35,712 nt of DNA from the NCBI GenBank assembly GCA_040080595.1, contig JBEBIC010000002.1, forward strand, positions 1 through 35,712. The letters are read 5' to 3'. The notes under the pieces were generated by a model, which worked only from the letters and a program-made list of their open reading frames with translations, ran no database searches and was not told the origin of the DNA. Position 1 is the stretch's first letter. Every line of letters starts with the position of its first letter. The position numbers were made by a program, and so were the translations under genes. The stretch comes from Bacteroidia bacterium (GTDB lineage: Bacteria; Bacteroidota; Bacteroidia; UBA4408). Of this stretch, positions 10,702 through 19,949 are shown piece after piece.

Positions 10702-12063
10702 TTATACCATTTCGTATAATGGATGCGGAATAGGTTTATTTAGCTTACCGTTTTTAATTTTAGCTACTTCGTTAGGGTTGTTTACATACCATTCAAACTC
10801 GTGCCTAAAGTGGCGTATAGCAGCAGCTACAGGCCATGCAGCCGCGTCTCCAAGTGGGCATATAGTATTTCCCTCTATTTTTTTTGCTACTTCGGCTAAC
10901 AAATCTATGTCGGCTAATTTTCCTTGTCCATCTATTACCATACGTTTTAATATACGCTCTAACCAGCCTGTTCCCTCACGGCATGGCGAACATTGCCCGC
11001 ACGATTCGTGATGATAAAAGCGTGCTAAGGTGTATAAACTGTAAGGTATTGAAGCGTCTTCATCATACACAAAAAACCCGCCCGAACCTAACATTGAGCC
11101 AGATACAAATCCACCATCGGAAAGGCTTTCATAGGTCATTAAACGTTTTTCGCCAGCAATGTTATTTAATAACAAATGCCCTGGAACTATGGGTACTGAT
11201 GAACCTCCAGGAATACATGCTTTTAGTTTTTTACCATTGGCAATACCGCCACAATATTCATCAGAATATAAAAATTCTTCAACCGTAATGCCTAAATCTA
11301 TTTCATATACACCAGGTTTGTTAATGTTTCCGCCTGCGGAAATAAGTTTAGTACCCGTACTTTTGCCTACGCCTATTTTGGCATATTCGTCGCCACCCAT
11401 ATTTACAATAGGTACAACAGCCGCAATAGTTTCTACGTTGTTTACCACAGTTGGGCAAGCGTACAAACCAGCAATAGCAGGGAATGGCGGTTTCATACGT
11501 GGGTTACCACGTTTACCTTCCAAGGACTCTAACAAGGCAGTTTCTTCGCCACATATATATGCACCTGCGCCTGCTTGTACGTATAAGTCTAAGTTATAGC
11601 CTGTGCCTAATATATTTTGCCCTAACCAACCAGCTGCATAAGCTTCGGCTATAGCTTTTTCTAATATTTTAATTACGTAAAAATATTCGCCACGCACGTA
11701 TATGTAGGCTGTGTTAGCGCCCAACGCTACGCTTGAGGTTATCATACCCTCAATAAGTGCATGCGGTATTTTTTCCATAAGGAAACGGTCTTTAAACGTA
11801 CCTGGCTCCGATTCGTCGGCATTGCACACCAAGTAACGTGCTTTGCCTTCGGGCTTAGCCAAGAAACTCCATTTCATACCTGTAGGGAAACCCGCACCAC
11901 CACGACCACGCAGCCCCGATTTTTTAACCTCTTCTACTATGGCGTCAGGCGTCATTTCTTTAAGTGCTTTTTCTACACTTTTGTAACCACCCTTTTCTCT
12001 ATATACTTGTAATGTTTGAATACCTGGTACATGTAGGTGTTCGAGTAATAATTTCTTTCCCAT
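10702..12063 (-). CDS. nuoF: NADH-quinone oxidoreductase subunit F (51-kDa subunit)
   Basis: 'GRGGAGFPTGMKW' (NADH site), 'GAGAYICGEETALLESLEG' (FMN site) and 'ESCGQCSPCREG...ICPLGD' (N3 4Fe-4S ligands). Confidence 0.95.
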   Translation of the reverse strand: MGKKLLLEHLHVPGIQTLQVYREKGGYKSVEKALKEMTPDAIVEEVKKSGLRGRGGAGFPTGMKWSFLAKPEGKARYLVCNADESEPGTFKDRFLMEKIPHALIEGMITSSVALGANTAYIYVRGEYFYVIKILEKAIAEAYAAGWLGQNILGTGYNLDLYVQAGAGAYICGEETALLESLEGKRGNPRMKPPFPAIAGLYACPTVVNNVETIAAVVPIVNMGGDEYAKIGVGKSTGTKLISAGGNINKPGVYEIDLGITVEEFLYSDEYCGGIANGKKLKACIPGGSSVPIVPGHLLLNNIAGEKRLMTYESLSDGGFVSGSMLGSGGFFVYDEDASIPYSLYTLARFYHHESCGQCSPCREGTGWLERILKRMVIDGQGKLADIDLLAEVAKKIEGNTICPLGDAAAWPVAAAIRHFRHEFEWYVNNPNEVAKIKNGKLNKPIPHPLYEMV

Positions 12064-12091
12064 TTTGTATTTTATATAAAAATTGGTGCTA

Positions 12092-12640
12092 TTAATTTCT
12101 TCTAAACGTATCGCTATCTACATAGCTACTTTGTACGTTGGCGGTGCGCAAGTCGGTAAGTATGGTATCTACTTTATCAGTAGTTAAATCTTCGTAAAAC
12201 GTAGCTCCACATTGGAACATTGGCGCAGTACCACAGCTACCTAAGCACTCTACACGTTTAAGTGTAAACATACCGTCAGGGGTAGTTTCGCCAAATTGTA
12301 TGTTTAATTTTTTTTCTAAATGCGCTGCAATATCCTCTGCACCACGCAACCAGCATGGTGCGGTGTGGCACAGTTCTATAAGACATTTGCCCACAGGTTT
12401 AAGATTATACATACTATAAAACGAAGCTACTTCGTACACTTCTATAGCTTGTATATTAAGTATAGTGGCTACATAATCCATAGTGGGTGCGCTTAACCAA
12501 CCACCAAATTCTGCTTGCGCAAGGTGGAGTATAGGCAATAGTGCCGATTTTTGTTTTCCCTCGGGGTAACGTTTTATAAGGCTGTGTACTACCTCAAGTG
12601 TATCTGCGCTAAATGCAGGTGTTGGTTCTATTGATGACAT
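12092..12640 (-). CDS. nuoE: NADH-quinone oxidoreductase subunit E (24-kDa subunit)
   Basis: 2Fe-2S ligand pattern 'CHTAPC ... CLGSCGTAPM'. The gene lies 28 nt upstream of nuoF. Confidence 0.9.
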   Translation of the reverse strand: MSSIEPTPAFSADTLEVVHSLIKRYPEGKQKSALLPILHLAQAEFGGWLSAPTMDYVATILNIQAIEVYEVASFYSMYNLKPVGKCLIELCHTAPCWLRGAEDIAAHLEKKLNIQFGETTPDGMFTLKRVECLGSCGTAPMFQCGATFYEDLTTDKVDTILTDLRTANVQSSYVDSDTFRRN

Positions 12641-12734
12641 GGTGTAGGTATTTTATATTTAGTTGCTCAAAATTAATTTTTTATTGCAAATAATGGAAAG
12701 TAAAAAGTGGAGATTTTTTTGATTGAGTTTTTGT

Positions 12735-13574
12735 TTAAATAAACACGCTCATTTCCTGTTGTAATTTTTGTGCTTCTATGCCTGCTGCTTGGGCATAATC
12801 TGTACCATTGCTTGCGTATATAATACTGCGCGATGAGTTAATGAGCAGGCCGTATTCGTTAGGAATACTACCGTTTTGTATTACCTCTTGTAAGTTGCCA
12901 CCTTGCGCACCCACGCCAGGTATCAACAAAAAATGGTTGGGTATAGTTTGGCGTATTGCTTTTATTAATACACCTTGTGTAGCACCTACTACAAACATGG
13001 TATTATCAGTACTACCCCATGTAGCTACCTTGCGCATAAGTACTTCGCACAATAGTTCTACTTCTATTTTGCCTTGTGCGTTAAATTTTGGCAAGGGTAA
13101 TTTCTGAAAATCTTGCGCACCCACATTTGATGTTAAACCCAGCACTACCGCCCATTTGTTGGGCAATTGCATAAATGGTTTTACAGAATCTTCGCCCATG
13201 TAGGGTGCAACTGTAATGGCATCGCCTGGCATGTTTTGCAAATAGGCTTTGGCGTACATAGTGGCTGTGTTACCAATATCGCCACGCTTAGCGTCTATTA
13301 TTATAAACTGATTGGGGTAGGTTGTTTTTATGTACTGTACTGTTTTTTCGAGGCTTGCAAACCCTTTGCTACCATAGCATTCGTAAAAAGCAGTATTGGG
13401 TTTATAAGCTATGCAGTAAGCTTGGGTAGCGTCTATTATGGCTTTGTTAAATTCAAATATAGGGTCTTCGGTTTGGAGTAAGTGTTGGGGTATTTTGTCC
13501 ATATCTACATCTAAACCAACGCATAACATTGTTTTTTTCGTTTTGATGTTTTGTATAAGTTCTGCTTTGGTCAT
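12735..13574 (-). CDS. pyrF: Orotidine 5'-phosphate decarboxylase (type 2)
   Basis: 'LCVGLDVD', 'IIIDAKRGDIGNT' and 'LIPGVGAQGG' motifs. 279 aa. Confidence 0.9.
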   Translation of the reverse strand: MTKAELIQNIKTKKTMLCVGLDVDMDKIPQHLLQTEDPIFEFNKAIIDATQAYCIAYKPNTAFYECYGSKGFASLEKTVQYIKTTYPNQFIIIDAKRGDIGNTATMYAKAYLQNMPGDAITVAPYMGEDSVKPFMQLPNKWAVVLGLTSNVGAQDFQKLPLPKFNAQGKIEVELLCEVLMRKVATWGSTDNTMFVVGATQGVLIKAIRQTIPNHFLLIPGVGAQGGNLQEVIQNGSIPNEYGLLINSSRSIIYASNGTDYAQAAGIEAQKLQQEMSVFI

Positions 13575-13584
13575 AGGTGTAAAA

Positions 13585-14157
13585 TTACTTTGCTTTAGTG
13601 GTGTTTAAAATTATAGAAACATCTACATTATTAGCCATTACTACACTTGGTAAGCCTACTCCAAAATCGAGTCGGTTTAACTTTAGTGTTCCTGTAAATG
13701 CAGCTTGATTGTTTATTTTACTAAACTTAAACGGAAACAATACCTCTTTGGTTTTACCTTTTATTGTTAATTGACATACCGCAGTATAATTGCCTTCCGA
13801 CTCTTGTTTAATAGACGTGCTTTTAAATAAGATTTGCGGGTGTTTTGCTGCATCAAAAAACTCCTGTTTTTTTAAGTGTTTATCTCGTAGGTCTATACCT
13901 GTTTTTATACTTATTACATTTATTACGCCGTCAAAATGGCTTTTGTTTAACACAGCTGGGTCAAATGTTATTTTGGTATTTACATCAGTAAAATTGCCTG
14001 TTACATTTAACTTAGCATTTTTTATTTTAAACAAAACACTTGATGAGGTTACTTCCCACGATGTTGGGGTTGTGTTTATTGTTTTAAACGAATATACTAG
14101 TGTACTTAACACTAGTATAAAAACAGATAAAAAGAAACGATTGGTTTTTACATTCAT
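13585..14157 (-). CDS. YceI-family protein with N-terminal signal/anchor
   Basis: N-terminal hydrophobic segment 'FFLSVFILVLSTLVYS', then YceI motifs 'SSVLFKIKNAKLNVTGNF' and 'RDKHLKKQEFFDAAKHPQILF'. Confidence 0.8.
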   Translation of the reverse strand: MNVKTNRFFLSVFILVLSTLVYSFKTINTTPTSWEVTSSSVLFKIKNAKLNVTGNFTDVNTKITFDPAVLNKSHFDGVINVISIKTGIDLRDKHLKKQEFFDAAKHPQILFKSTSIKQESEGNYTAVCQLTIKGKTKEVLFPFKFSKINNQAAFTGTLKLNRLDFGVGLPSVVMANNVDVSIILNTTKAK

Positions 14158-14308
14158 TTTATATGGATAGTAATATGGTGTGTTTTTGATGTATTACGTA
14201 ACAAAAATAACAATTTAAACACCTCGCCATCAAAAAATAGCGTTGCAATGGGAGATAAGGATTCAATAGCTCGTTTTATTTTCTATTTTTGGTTAAAATA
14301 ATTAAAAT

Positions 14309-15694
14309 ATGAACTATTACATTGCACTAACAGCACTATTACTCTACTGTACAACTACTTTTGGTAGCAATAGCCACAAAGACTCCCTTGCGCAGTTTAA
14401 TTTAATGATAGCCGAATTACCAAAAGTAAAAGAGGATTCTGCACGATTAAATGAGTTAGTTAAGCTACATTATTATCAGCAAGCTATAGTAGGAGAGCTC
14501 AACAAAAATAATAGCCAAACCTTTAAACTAATGTATGCTAAAGAAGCCATTGGTTTAGCAATTAAACTTAACAAATTAGACACCTTAAAAGCACTGACTG
14601 TTGATGCAGGATATATTTTTGATTTGAACCAAGAGTACGATTCTTCTTATGTATATTATAGCAATTGCCTTAATATACTTGAGGCACAAGGAGCATACGA
14701 CATATCTTCGTCTATAGCTCAAAACATACTGTACAACAACAACGAGTTGCAAAACACATTAAAACAAAATAGAATAATAGAAATAGCTCAACAAAAAAAA
14801 ATAGATAAACTTATATGGCTTGCAATTATTGTTTTGATGCTTTTTTTATTAATGTTGTTTTTTTATATTTTAAAAGCGCGCAAAACCAATACACTACTTA
14901 CCAGCCAAAAAGATGCAATACAAAAAAGCAAATTAGAAATAGATAGTAGTATAGTATATGCAAAAAATGTGCAACAATCTATCATAACTACAGAGCTAAA
15001 ATTTAAGTGGTTTTTTAAAGACAGTTTTGTATTATTTACACCCAAAGACACACTTAGTGGCGATTTTTTGTGGACATTAAAAAAAGATGATTTAACTTAC
15101 TTTGCCGTTGCCGATTGTACAGGGCATGGAGTTCCTGGGGCACTTATATCCATAGTAGGAACACTGTTGTTAGATTCTATTTTAACTGAAGAAACTTATA
15201 AATCTCCTGCAACAATACTAACAGAACTTCATTTAAAATTAGTAGATGCTTTAAATCAAAATGACCCAAACAATAAACATAATCATGACGGTATGGATAT
15301 AGGTGTTTTTGAAGTAAACGAAACGCTAAACACACTAAAATTTGCAGGAGCAAACAGACACTTAACCTATATAAGAAATGGAATTGTTACAGATTACCCT
15401 GGCACAAAACGCCCAATTGGTGGTACACAGGTAACATACGATAAACCCTTTGTTGATGATGAGATAGTTATACAAAAAAACGACATAATGTATAGCTATA
15501 CCGATGGTTACCAAGACCAAATGGGAGGCTTAAAGGATAAAAAAATACAACGAAAGGGTTTATTAGCATTATTACAAAAAGGATTTACAAACCCAATGGT
15601 ACAACAAAAACAACTGTTACACAGCGCATTTACACAACACATGGGTACTAATGAGCAGGTAGATGATGTGTTGGTAGTAGGAATTAAGTTTTAA
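14309..15694 (+). CDS. Membrane-anchored PP2C/SpoIIE-family serine phosphatase with an N-terminal repeat (TPR-like) domain
   Basis: Signal peptide, a roughly 150-aa helical repeat region and a TM helix (LIWLAIIVLMLFLLMLFFYIL). SpoIIE motifs follow: 'SGDFLW...AVADCTGHGVPGA', 'HDGMDIGV', 'YSYTDGYQDQ' and 'DDVLVVGIKF'. Confidence 0.75.
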   Translation: MNYYIALTALLLYCTTTFGSNSHKDSLAQFNLMIAELPKVKEDSARLNELVKLHYYQQAIVGELNKNNSQTFKLMYAKEAIGLAIKLNKLDTLKALTVDAGYIFDLNQEYDSSYVYYSNCLNILEAQGAYDISSSIAQNILYNNNELQNTLKQNRIIEIAQQKKIDKLIWLAIIVLMLFLLMLFFYILKARKTNTLLTSQKDAIQKSKLEIDSSIVYAKNVQQSIITTELKFKWFFKDSFVLFTPKDTLSGDFLWTLKKDDLTYFAVADCTGHGVPGALISIVGTLLLDSILTEETYKSPATILTELHLKLVDALNQNDPNNKHNHDGMDIGVFEVNETLNTLKFAGANRHLTYIRNGIVTDYPGTKRPIGGTQVTYDKPFVDDEIVIQKNDIMYSYTDGYQDQMGGLKDKKIQRKGLLALLQKGFTNPMVQQKQLLHSAFTQHMGTNEQVDDVLVVGIKF

Positions 15695-15698
15695 GGGA

Positions 15699-17519
15699 AT
15701 GAAAAATATCATTGCGTTATTATTCATGGTATGTTGTGGTGCGTGCAATGCGCCTCAACCAAAAACCAACGACCAATTATTTGCTAATTTGCGTACTCGT
15801 TTTGAAAAAAACGCAGAGGTGTCGGACGATAGTGCTGTGAGTATTTTAAACGAGTTAAATGCAAACGCCTCAACTAAAGACCCCCGTATTCATTGGCTTA
15901 CAGCGCAAATAAAAGGAGGCTTATTTTTAAGACAAAGTAATTACGAAAAAGCGTTATACAATTATACTATAGCCGAAAAACGATTATTAAACATACCTAA
16001 TACCGATACTTTTTTAATAAAAACATATAACGGCATAAGCAATTGTTATAAGTGGAAAGCTAACCATACTCAAGCGATTGCTTACGCCTTAAAAGCAAAA
16101 AAAATAGCAGAACAGTTAGCGATTGAGAAAACTATTTTAGGTATAAATACCAACCTTGCGCAATTATATTTGCTAGCTAATAAAGATAGTGATGCCTTGG
16201 TATTGTTAAATGAAAGTATTAAGCATGGAACAGTGTCTGTTAAATTAATAACAATGCATACTTTGGCTAACTATTACGGCGAGCGTGGTTTAATAGATAG
16301 TGCATTAAGTATAGATAACAAAGCTATGCAAATAGGTAAAAAATATCCCCTATTACTAAGTCCTATTTACAACAACAAGGCGTTGTGTTTTGTAGAAAAA
16401 AAGAACATAGACTCAGCATTGTGTTATTTGCAAAAATCATATACCATAGATTCGTTAAACAAGCACCGCAAAAATATGGCGGCCAACATTGAGTTACTGG
16501 GTAATATTTATGAGTTAAGTAACGATGATGTAAGGGCTGAATTAACCTACAAAAAAGCCCTACAAGAGTTTGATTTAATGGGGAATAAAAAAAACGCAGC
16601 AGGGGTATTTATGATGTTAAAACAATTGGCTGTAAAGCACCACAACTGGCAATTGGCGTACGCTTACAAAGACTCGGCAACTAGTATATTAAAACAAATA
16701 GACAACGCCAACATTGCCAACAACATTGCCTTACTAAACATAGATTACGAAACCGAAAAAAAGAACGCTACCATAGCACAACAATCAGAAACATTAGCCA
16801 ACAAAAACAATACTATTTTATTGCTACTTGCTATTGTATTACTAGCAAGTGTATTAGTTTGGTATGCTTATAAAAACCATACTACTAAAACAGAATTAAA
16901 ACTGCAAAACCAACAACAAAATGCAGCCTTACAAATAATAGCTGCCGAACAAAAAGAACGTATGCGCATAGCACAAGAACTACACGATGGTATAGGGCAA
17001 AAACTTACTGTGCTTAAAATGTACGCATCGGTTGATGAGCATAAAAACACATTGCAACTTAACTTACTTAATGATACCATAAACGAAGTGCGCAGTATAT
17101 CGCACAAGATGATGCCCGAAATAATAAATCTGGGTTTAATACCCGCACTAAAAGATTTATGCGAAAAAATAAATGTAGCCAAGTTAGTAACGTGTTCGTT
17201 TACTATAGACGAAACCTCGCAAAAGCTAACATTAGCTAGCGATATAGAACTTTCTATATACCGTATTGTGCAAGAGGTATTAAACAATATGCTAAAACAT
17301 GCGCAAGCAAAAAAAATTAGTATTAACATTGCTACACACGCATCAATATTAACTATAGAAATAAACGATGACGGCAAAGGCTTTAATACCAAAGCTATAC
17401 ACGCATCTAGCGGTATAGGTTGGGGAAATATTATAACTCGTGCCAAAATTATAAAAGCTACGGTAGATGTAGCAAGCTCAGCCAAAGGTACTAACATTGT
17501 ATTAAACATAAACGTATGA
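15699..17519 (+). CDS. Sensor histidine kinase (TPR-like sensor, TM, HisKA_3, HATPase_c)
   Basis: Lipoprotein-like signal (LFMVCCGAC), TPR-like repeats and a TM helix (ILLLLAIVLLASVLVWYAY). H-box 'ERMRIAQELHDGIGQKL', N-box 'VQEVLNNMLKHA' and G-boxes 'DDGKGF...GIGWGN'. Confidence 0.85.
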   Translation: MKNIIALLFMVCCGACNAPQPKTNDQLFANLRTRFEKNAEVSDDSAVSILNELNANASTKDPRIHWLTAQIKGGLFLRQSNYEKALYNYTIAEKRLLNIPNTDTFLIKTYNGISNCYKWKANHTQAIAYALKAKKIAEQLAIEKTILGINTNLAQLYLLANKDSDALVLLNESIKHGTVSVKLITMHTLANYYGERGLIDSALSIDNKAMQIGKKYPLLLSPIYNNKALCFVEKKNIDSALCYLQKSYTIDSLNKHRKNMAANIELLGNIYELSNDDVRAELTYKKALQEFDLMGNKKNAAGVFMMLKQLAVKHHNWQLAYAYKDSATSILKQIDNANIANNIALLNIDYETEKKNATIAQQSETLANKNNTILLLLAIVLLASVLVWYAYKNHTTKTELKLQNQQQNAALQIIAAEQKERMRIAQELHDGIGQKLTVLKMYASVDEHKNTLQLNLLNDTINEVRSISHKMMPEIINLGLIPALKDLCEKINVAKLVTCSFTIDETSQKLTLASDIELSIYRIVQEVLNNMLKHAQAKKISINIATHASILTIEINDDGKGFNTKAIHASSGIGWGNIITRAKIIKATVDVASSAKGTNIVLNINV

Positions 17520-18169
17520 CAACAGTAATAAACATAGTACTTGCCGACGATCATCAAATAGTACTGGACGGTTTGCAATTTATGCTAAGTAGCGAAAAAC
17601 ACCTGCAAGTAGTACACACAAGCCTTAATACCAACGGTGTGTTGCAGTATTTGGAAACTAACGCTAACCATATACACCTACTGGTTACGGATATAAATAT
17701 GCCTACGGTTTCGGGTATTGAATTGTGTAAAAAAGTAAAGGAACTTTACCCACACATAAAGGTGCTTGTGCTAAGTATGTATAGTAGTACCGAAATAGTA
17801 AAAGAGGCTATATTAGCCGAGGCCGATGGCTATATGCTTAAAGATGGAGGTAAAGAAAAACTACTTGCCGCAATACACAAAATAAGCAACGACGGTACGT
17901 ATTATTCCGAAGAAATTATACCCATAATATACAACCAGTTTAATATTGAAAAAAAAGCAACGCTTACTGTAAGTAATCTTTCCGACCGAGAAAAAGAAAT
18001 ACTCGTACTTATAGCCAAAGAATACTCAAGCGAACAAATAGCCGATAAATTATTTATAAGCATAAAAACAGTAGGTAATCATAGGCAAAATATATTGGCT
18101 AAGTGCGAGTGCAAAAGCTCTGTTGGGCTTGTTAAATATGCTATTAAAGCAGGTTTAATAACGGTATAA
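17516..18169 (+). CDS. NarL/FixJ (LuxR)-family response regulator
   Basis: Receiver domain 'IVLADDH...LLVTDINMP' and LuxR HTH 'LSDREKEILVLIAKEYSSEQIADKLFISIKTVGNHRQNI'. Its ATGA start overlaps the kinase stop codon. Confidence 0.9.
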   Translation: MTTVINIVLADDHQIVLDGLQFMLSSEKHLQVVHTSLNTNGVLQYLETNANHIHLLVTDINMPTVSGIELCKKVKELYPHIKVLVLSMYSSTEIVKEAILAEADGYMLKDGGKEKLLAAIHKISNDGTYYSEEIIPIIYNQFNIEKKATLTVSNLSDREKEILVLIAKEYSSEQIADKLFISIKTVGNHRQNILAKCECKSSVGLVKYAIKAGLITV

Positions 18170-18176
18170 TAATTAA

Positions 18177-18196
18177 AATAGGGAGTACTCCCTATT
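18177..18196 (+). terminator. Hairpin (perfect 20-bp palindrome) after the response-regulator gene
   Basis: AATAGGGAGT/ACTCCCTATT. No clear U-tract follows, so terminator function is uncertain. Confidence 0.35.
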
Positions 18197-18295
18197 AATT
18201 AGCGGAACGCTCCTTACGTGTGGTAATGTGTAGCGGTGTAAGTTTGTAATGTAAAAAATAACAATACAAATTAACACACTTAAAACCCACACAAC

Positions 18296-18739
18296 ATGAA
18301 AAAAATTACACTATCGGTAGCAGCTGTTGCAGCAGTATTATTTACAACATCGTGCTCGCAAAAAATTAACAGTGCATCAAAAAATGCAGTAAACTTCCCA
18401 GGTATGACAGTAAGCCGTACCGATTACAAATTATCTAAAGATGTAACTGCTGATGTTGAAGTAAAAGAATTTACTATGTTAGGTGGTTTTATACACACCG
18501 CAAAAACAGTTGGCGAAGCTAAAAACGAAAAACATTATGGTATGGTTTCGGGCTTTGGTTTAGATGCAGCTTCGCAAGTAGCGGTATATCGTTTGTTGGA
18601 AGCTAACCCAAGTTTTGATTACTTAACCAACATTAGAATTACCAAAGCATACGAACGCAAATGGATGTTGTTTTTTAATAAATACAATACCAAAGTTAAA
18701 ATTACAGCTAAGGGCATTACACTTAATACCGAAAAATAA
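18296..18739 (+). CDS. Lipoprotein of unknown function (paralog family A)
   Basis: Lipobox 'LFTTSC'. The C-terminal block 'VYRLLEANPSFDYLTNIRITK...VKITAKGITLNTE' resembles the next gene's product. Confidence 0.6.
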   Translation: MKKITLSVAAVAAVLFTTSCSQKINSASKNAVNFPGMTVSRTDYKLSKDVTADVEVKEFTMLGGFIHTAKTVGEAKNEKHYGMVSGFGLDAASQVAVYRLLEANPSFDYLTNIRITKAYERKWMLFFNKYNTKVKITAKGITLNTEK

Positions 18740-18801
18740 TTAGTAGCTCATTGCTCTTAATTATTCGCTTAATTTTTTAATCACTTAACACATTTATTCT
18801 A

Positions 18802-19374
18802 ATGAAAAAAATAAACAGCATACTAGCTTTAGCCATTGTAATTGGTGGACTGAGCTCGTGCGGATCGTCTCGTAGTCTTAATACAAAAGATATTAAGTAC
18901 ATGGACATTCGTTTTAAACCACTTACACGCAACGATGTAACTTTAGTAGGTAACTTAGAAGCTACAGCAACGGTAAGTCTTGTAGAAAAGAAAAACGCAG
19001 CAAAAACAACTTACAACAAAGGATTAGTAACCTCTAACGATGCCAACGAGGTAATGTATTTTGCACCAGGTGCAGGCGAAGCTATTACAGGTTCGTTGTA
19101 CGAAAATACATTGTTTAGCAACATATATTCGCCAACAGTAAAAGGCTTAAAAGCCAAAGGTATATTAGCCAAATTATTTGCAGGTTTTAAAAAGTTTACG
19201 CCTGCTGATAAAGGTATGGACTTTGGATACTATGCCTTAGTTGAAAAATATCCTGACGTAGATTATTTTATAAACGTACGTTTTGACCGTAAAACCATTA
19301 CCGACAAAAAAGGTGGTATGACACAAACCGTAATAGTAAAAGCCGACGGCTTAAAACTTAAAACAGATAATTAG
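18802..19374 (+). CDS. Lipoprotein of unknown function (paralog family A)
   Basis: Lipobox 'GGLSSC'. The C-terminal block 'YYALVEKYPDVDYFINVRFDR...VIVKADGLKLKTD' parallels the preceding protein. Confidence 0.6.
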   Translation: MKKINSILALAIVIGGLSSCGSSRSLNTKDIKYMDIRFKPLTRNDVTLVGNLEATATVSLVEKKNAAKTTYNKGLVTSNDANEVMYFAPGAGEAITGSLYENTLFSNIYSPTVKGLKAKGILAKLFAGFKKFTPADKGMDFGYYALVEKYPDVDYFINVRFDRKTITDKKGGMTQTVIVKADGLKLKTDN

Positions 19375-19396
19375 TAACACACATTTAGTACACAAT

Positions 19397-19430
19397 AACA
19401 AACGAGCTTAAATTTAAGCTCGTTTGTTTT
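19397..19430 (+). terminator. Rho-independent terminator
   Basis: Perfect 32-bp palindrome AACAAACGAGCTTAAA/TTTAAGCTCGTTTGTT, followed by TT. Confidence 0.65.
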
Positions 19431-19478
19431 ATACCATTACATTAAAAAAAACACAAACTAACTTAAAACGAATAAGCC

Positions 19479-19934
19479 ATGAAAACATATATATTAAGTT
19501 TAGCAGTAGTATTAACAATAGTATCCTGCAAAAAGAAAGAGGCAGAAACAGCAACACCTACACCAGTAGTAGTAAGTACTCCTGTAGTAACACCCGTAGC
19601 CACAGCAGGCTTTAAATGGACAGAGAACGGAGGTGCTGAAATTACTGCGGACTCATCTCGTTTTACCGCACAGTACAGTACATTAATTGCATTTAAAGGA
19701 GGTAGTGTAAAGTTTGAAATAAACTTAACGGCGGGCACTGTTGCTACTTATACTATTGGTACTAACAATGTGCTTACATTAGTAGGGGGCGGTGCAAACC
19801 ACGTTGCAACTGGCGGTAGTGTAGTCGTAACTGCTAATGCAAGTAGCAAAATGAGCGGTACATTTGACGTAACTATGAACACAGGTGGTTTTACTAATGT
19901 AAAGGGGGCTTTTACTGATGTAGTTATTAAATAG
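19479..19934 (+). CDS. Lipoprotein of unknown function with a T/P/V-rich linker
   Basis: Lipobox 'LTIVSC' followed by 'ETATPTPVVVSTPVVTPVATA'. The gene lies 15 nt upstream of the T9SS cargo gene. Confidence 0.6.
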   Translation: MKTYILSLAVVLTIVSCKKKEAETATPTPVVVSTPVVTPVATAGFKWTENGGAEITADSSRFTAQYSTLIAFKGGSVKFEINLTAGTVATYTIGTNNVLTLVGGGANHVATGGSVVVTANASSKMSGTFDVTMNTGGFTNVKGAFTDVVIK

Positions 19935-19949
19935 TTAAAAATAAAAACT

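Noticed and set aside
10679-11599. Plus-strand ORFs (110, 134 and 146 aa) overlapping nuoF
   Set aside because: They are antisense to a complete NuoF that has all cofactor motifs. There is no independent support for them.
16868-17578. 236-aa minus-strand ORF antisense to the histidine kinase and response regulator junction
   Set aside because: It overlaps the kinase H-box and ATPase region, which carries clear catalytic motifs. The antisense product is Cys/Ile/Phe-rich with no recognisable features.
19424-19738. 63-aa plus-strand and 91-aa minus-strand ORFs overlapping the start of the third lipoprotein gene
   Set aside because: The 151-aa frame has a proper lipobox signal peptide and continues as a coherent protein. 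The alternatives overlap the terminator or promoter region, or are antisense.
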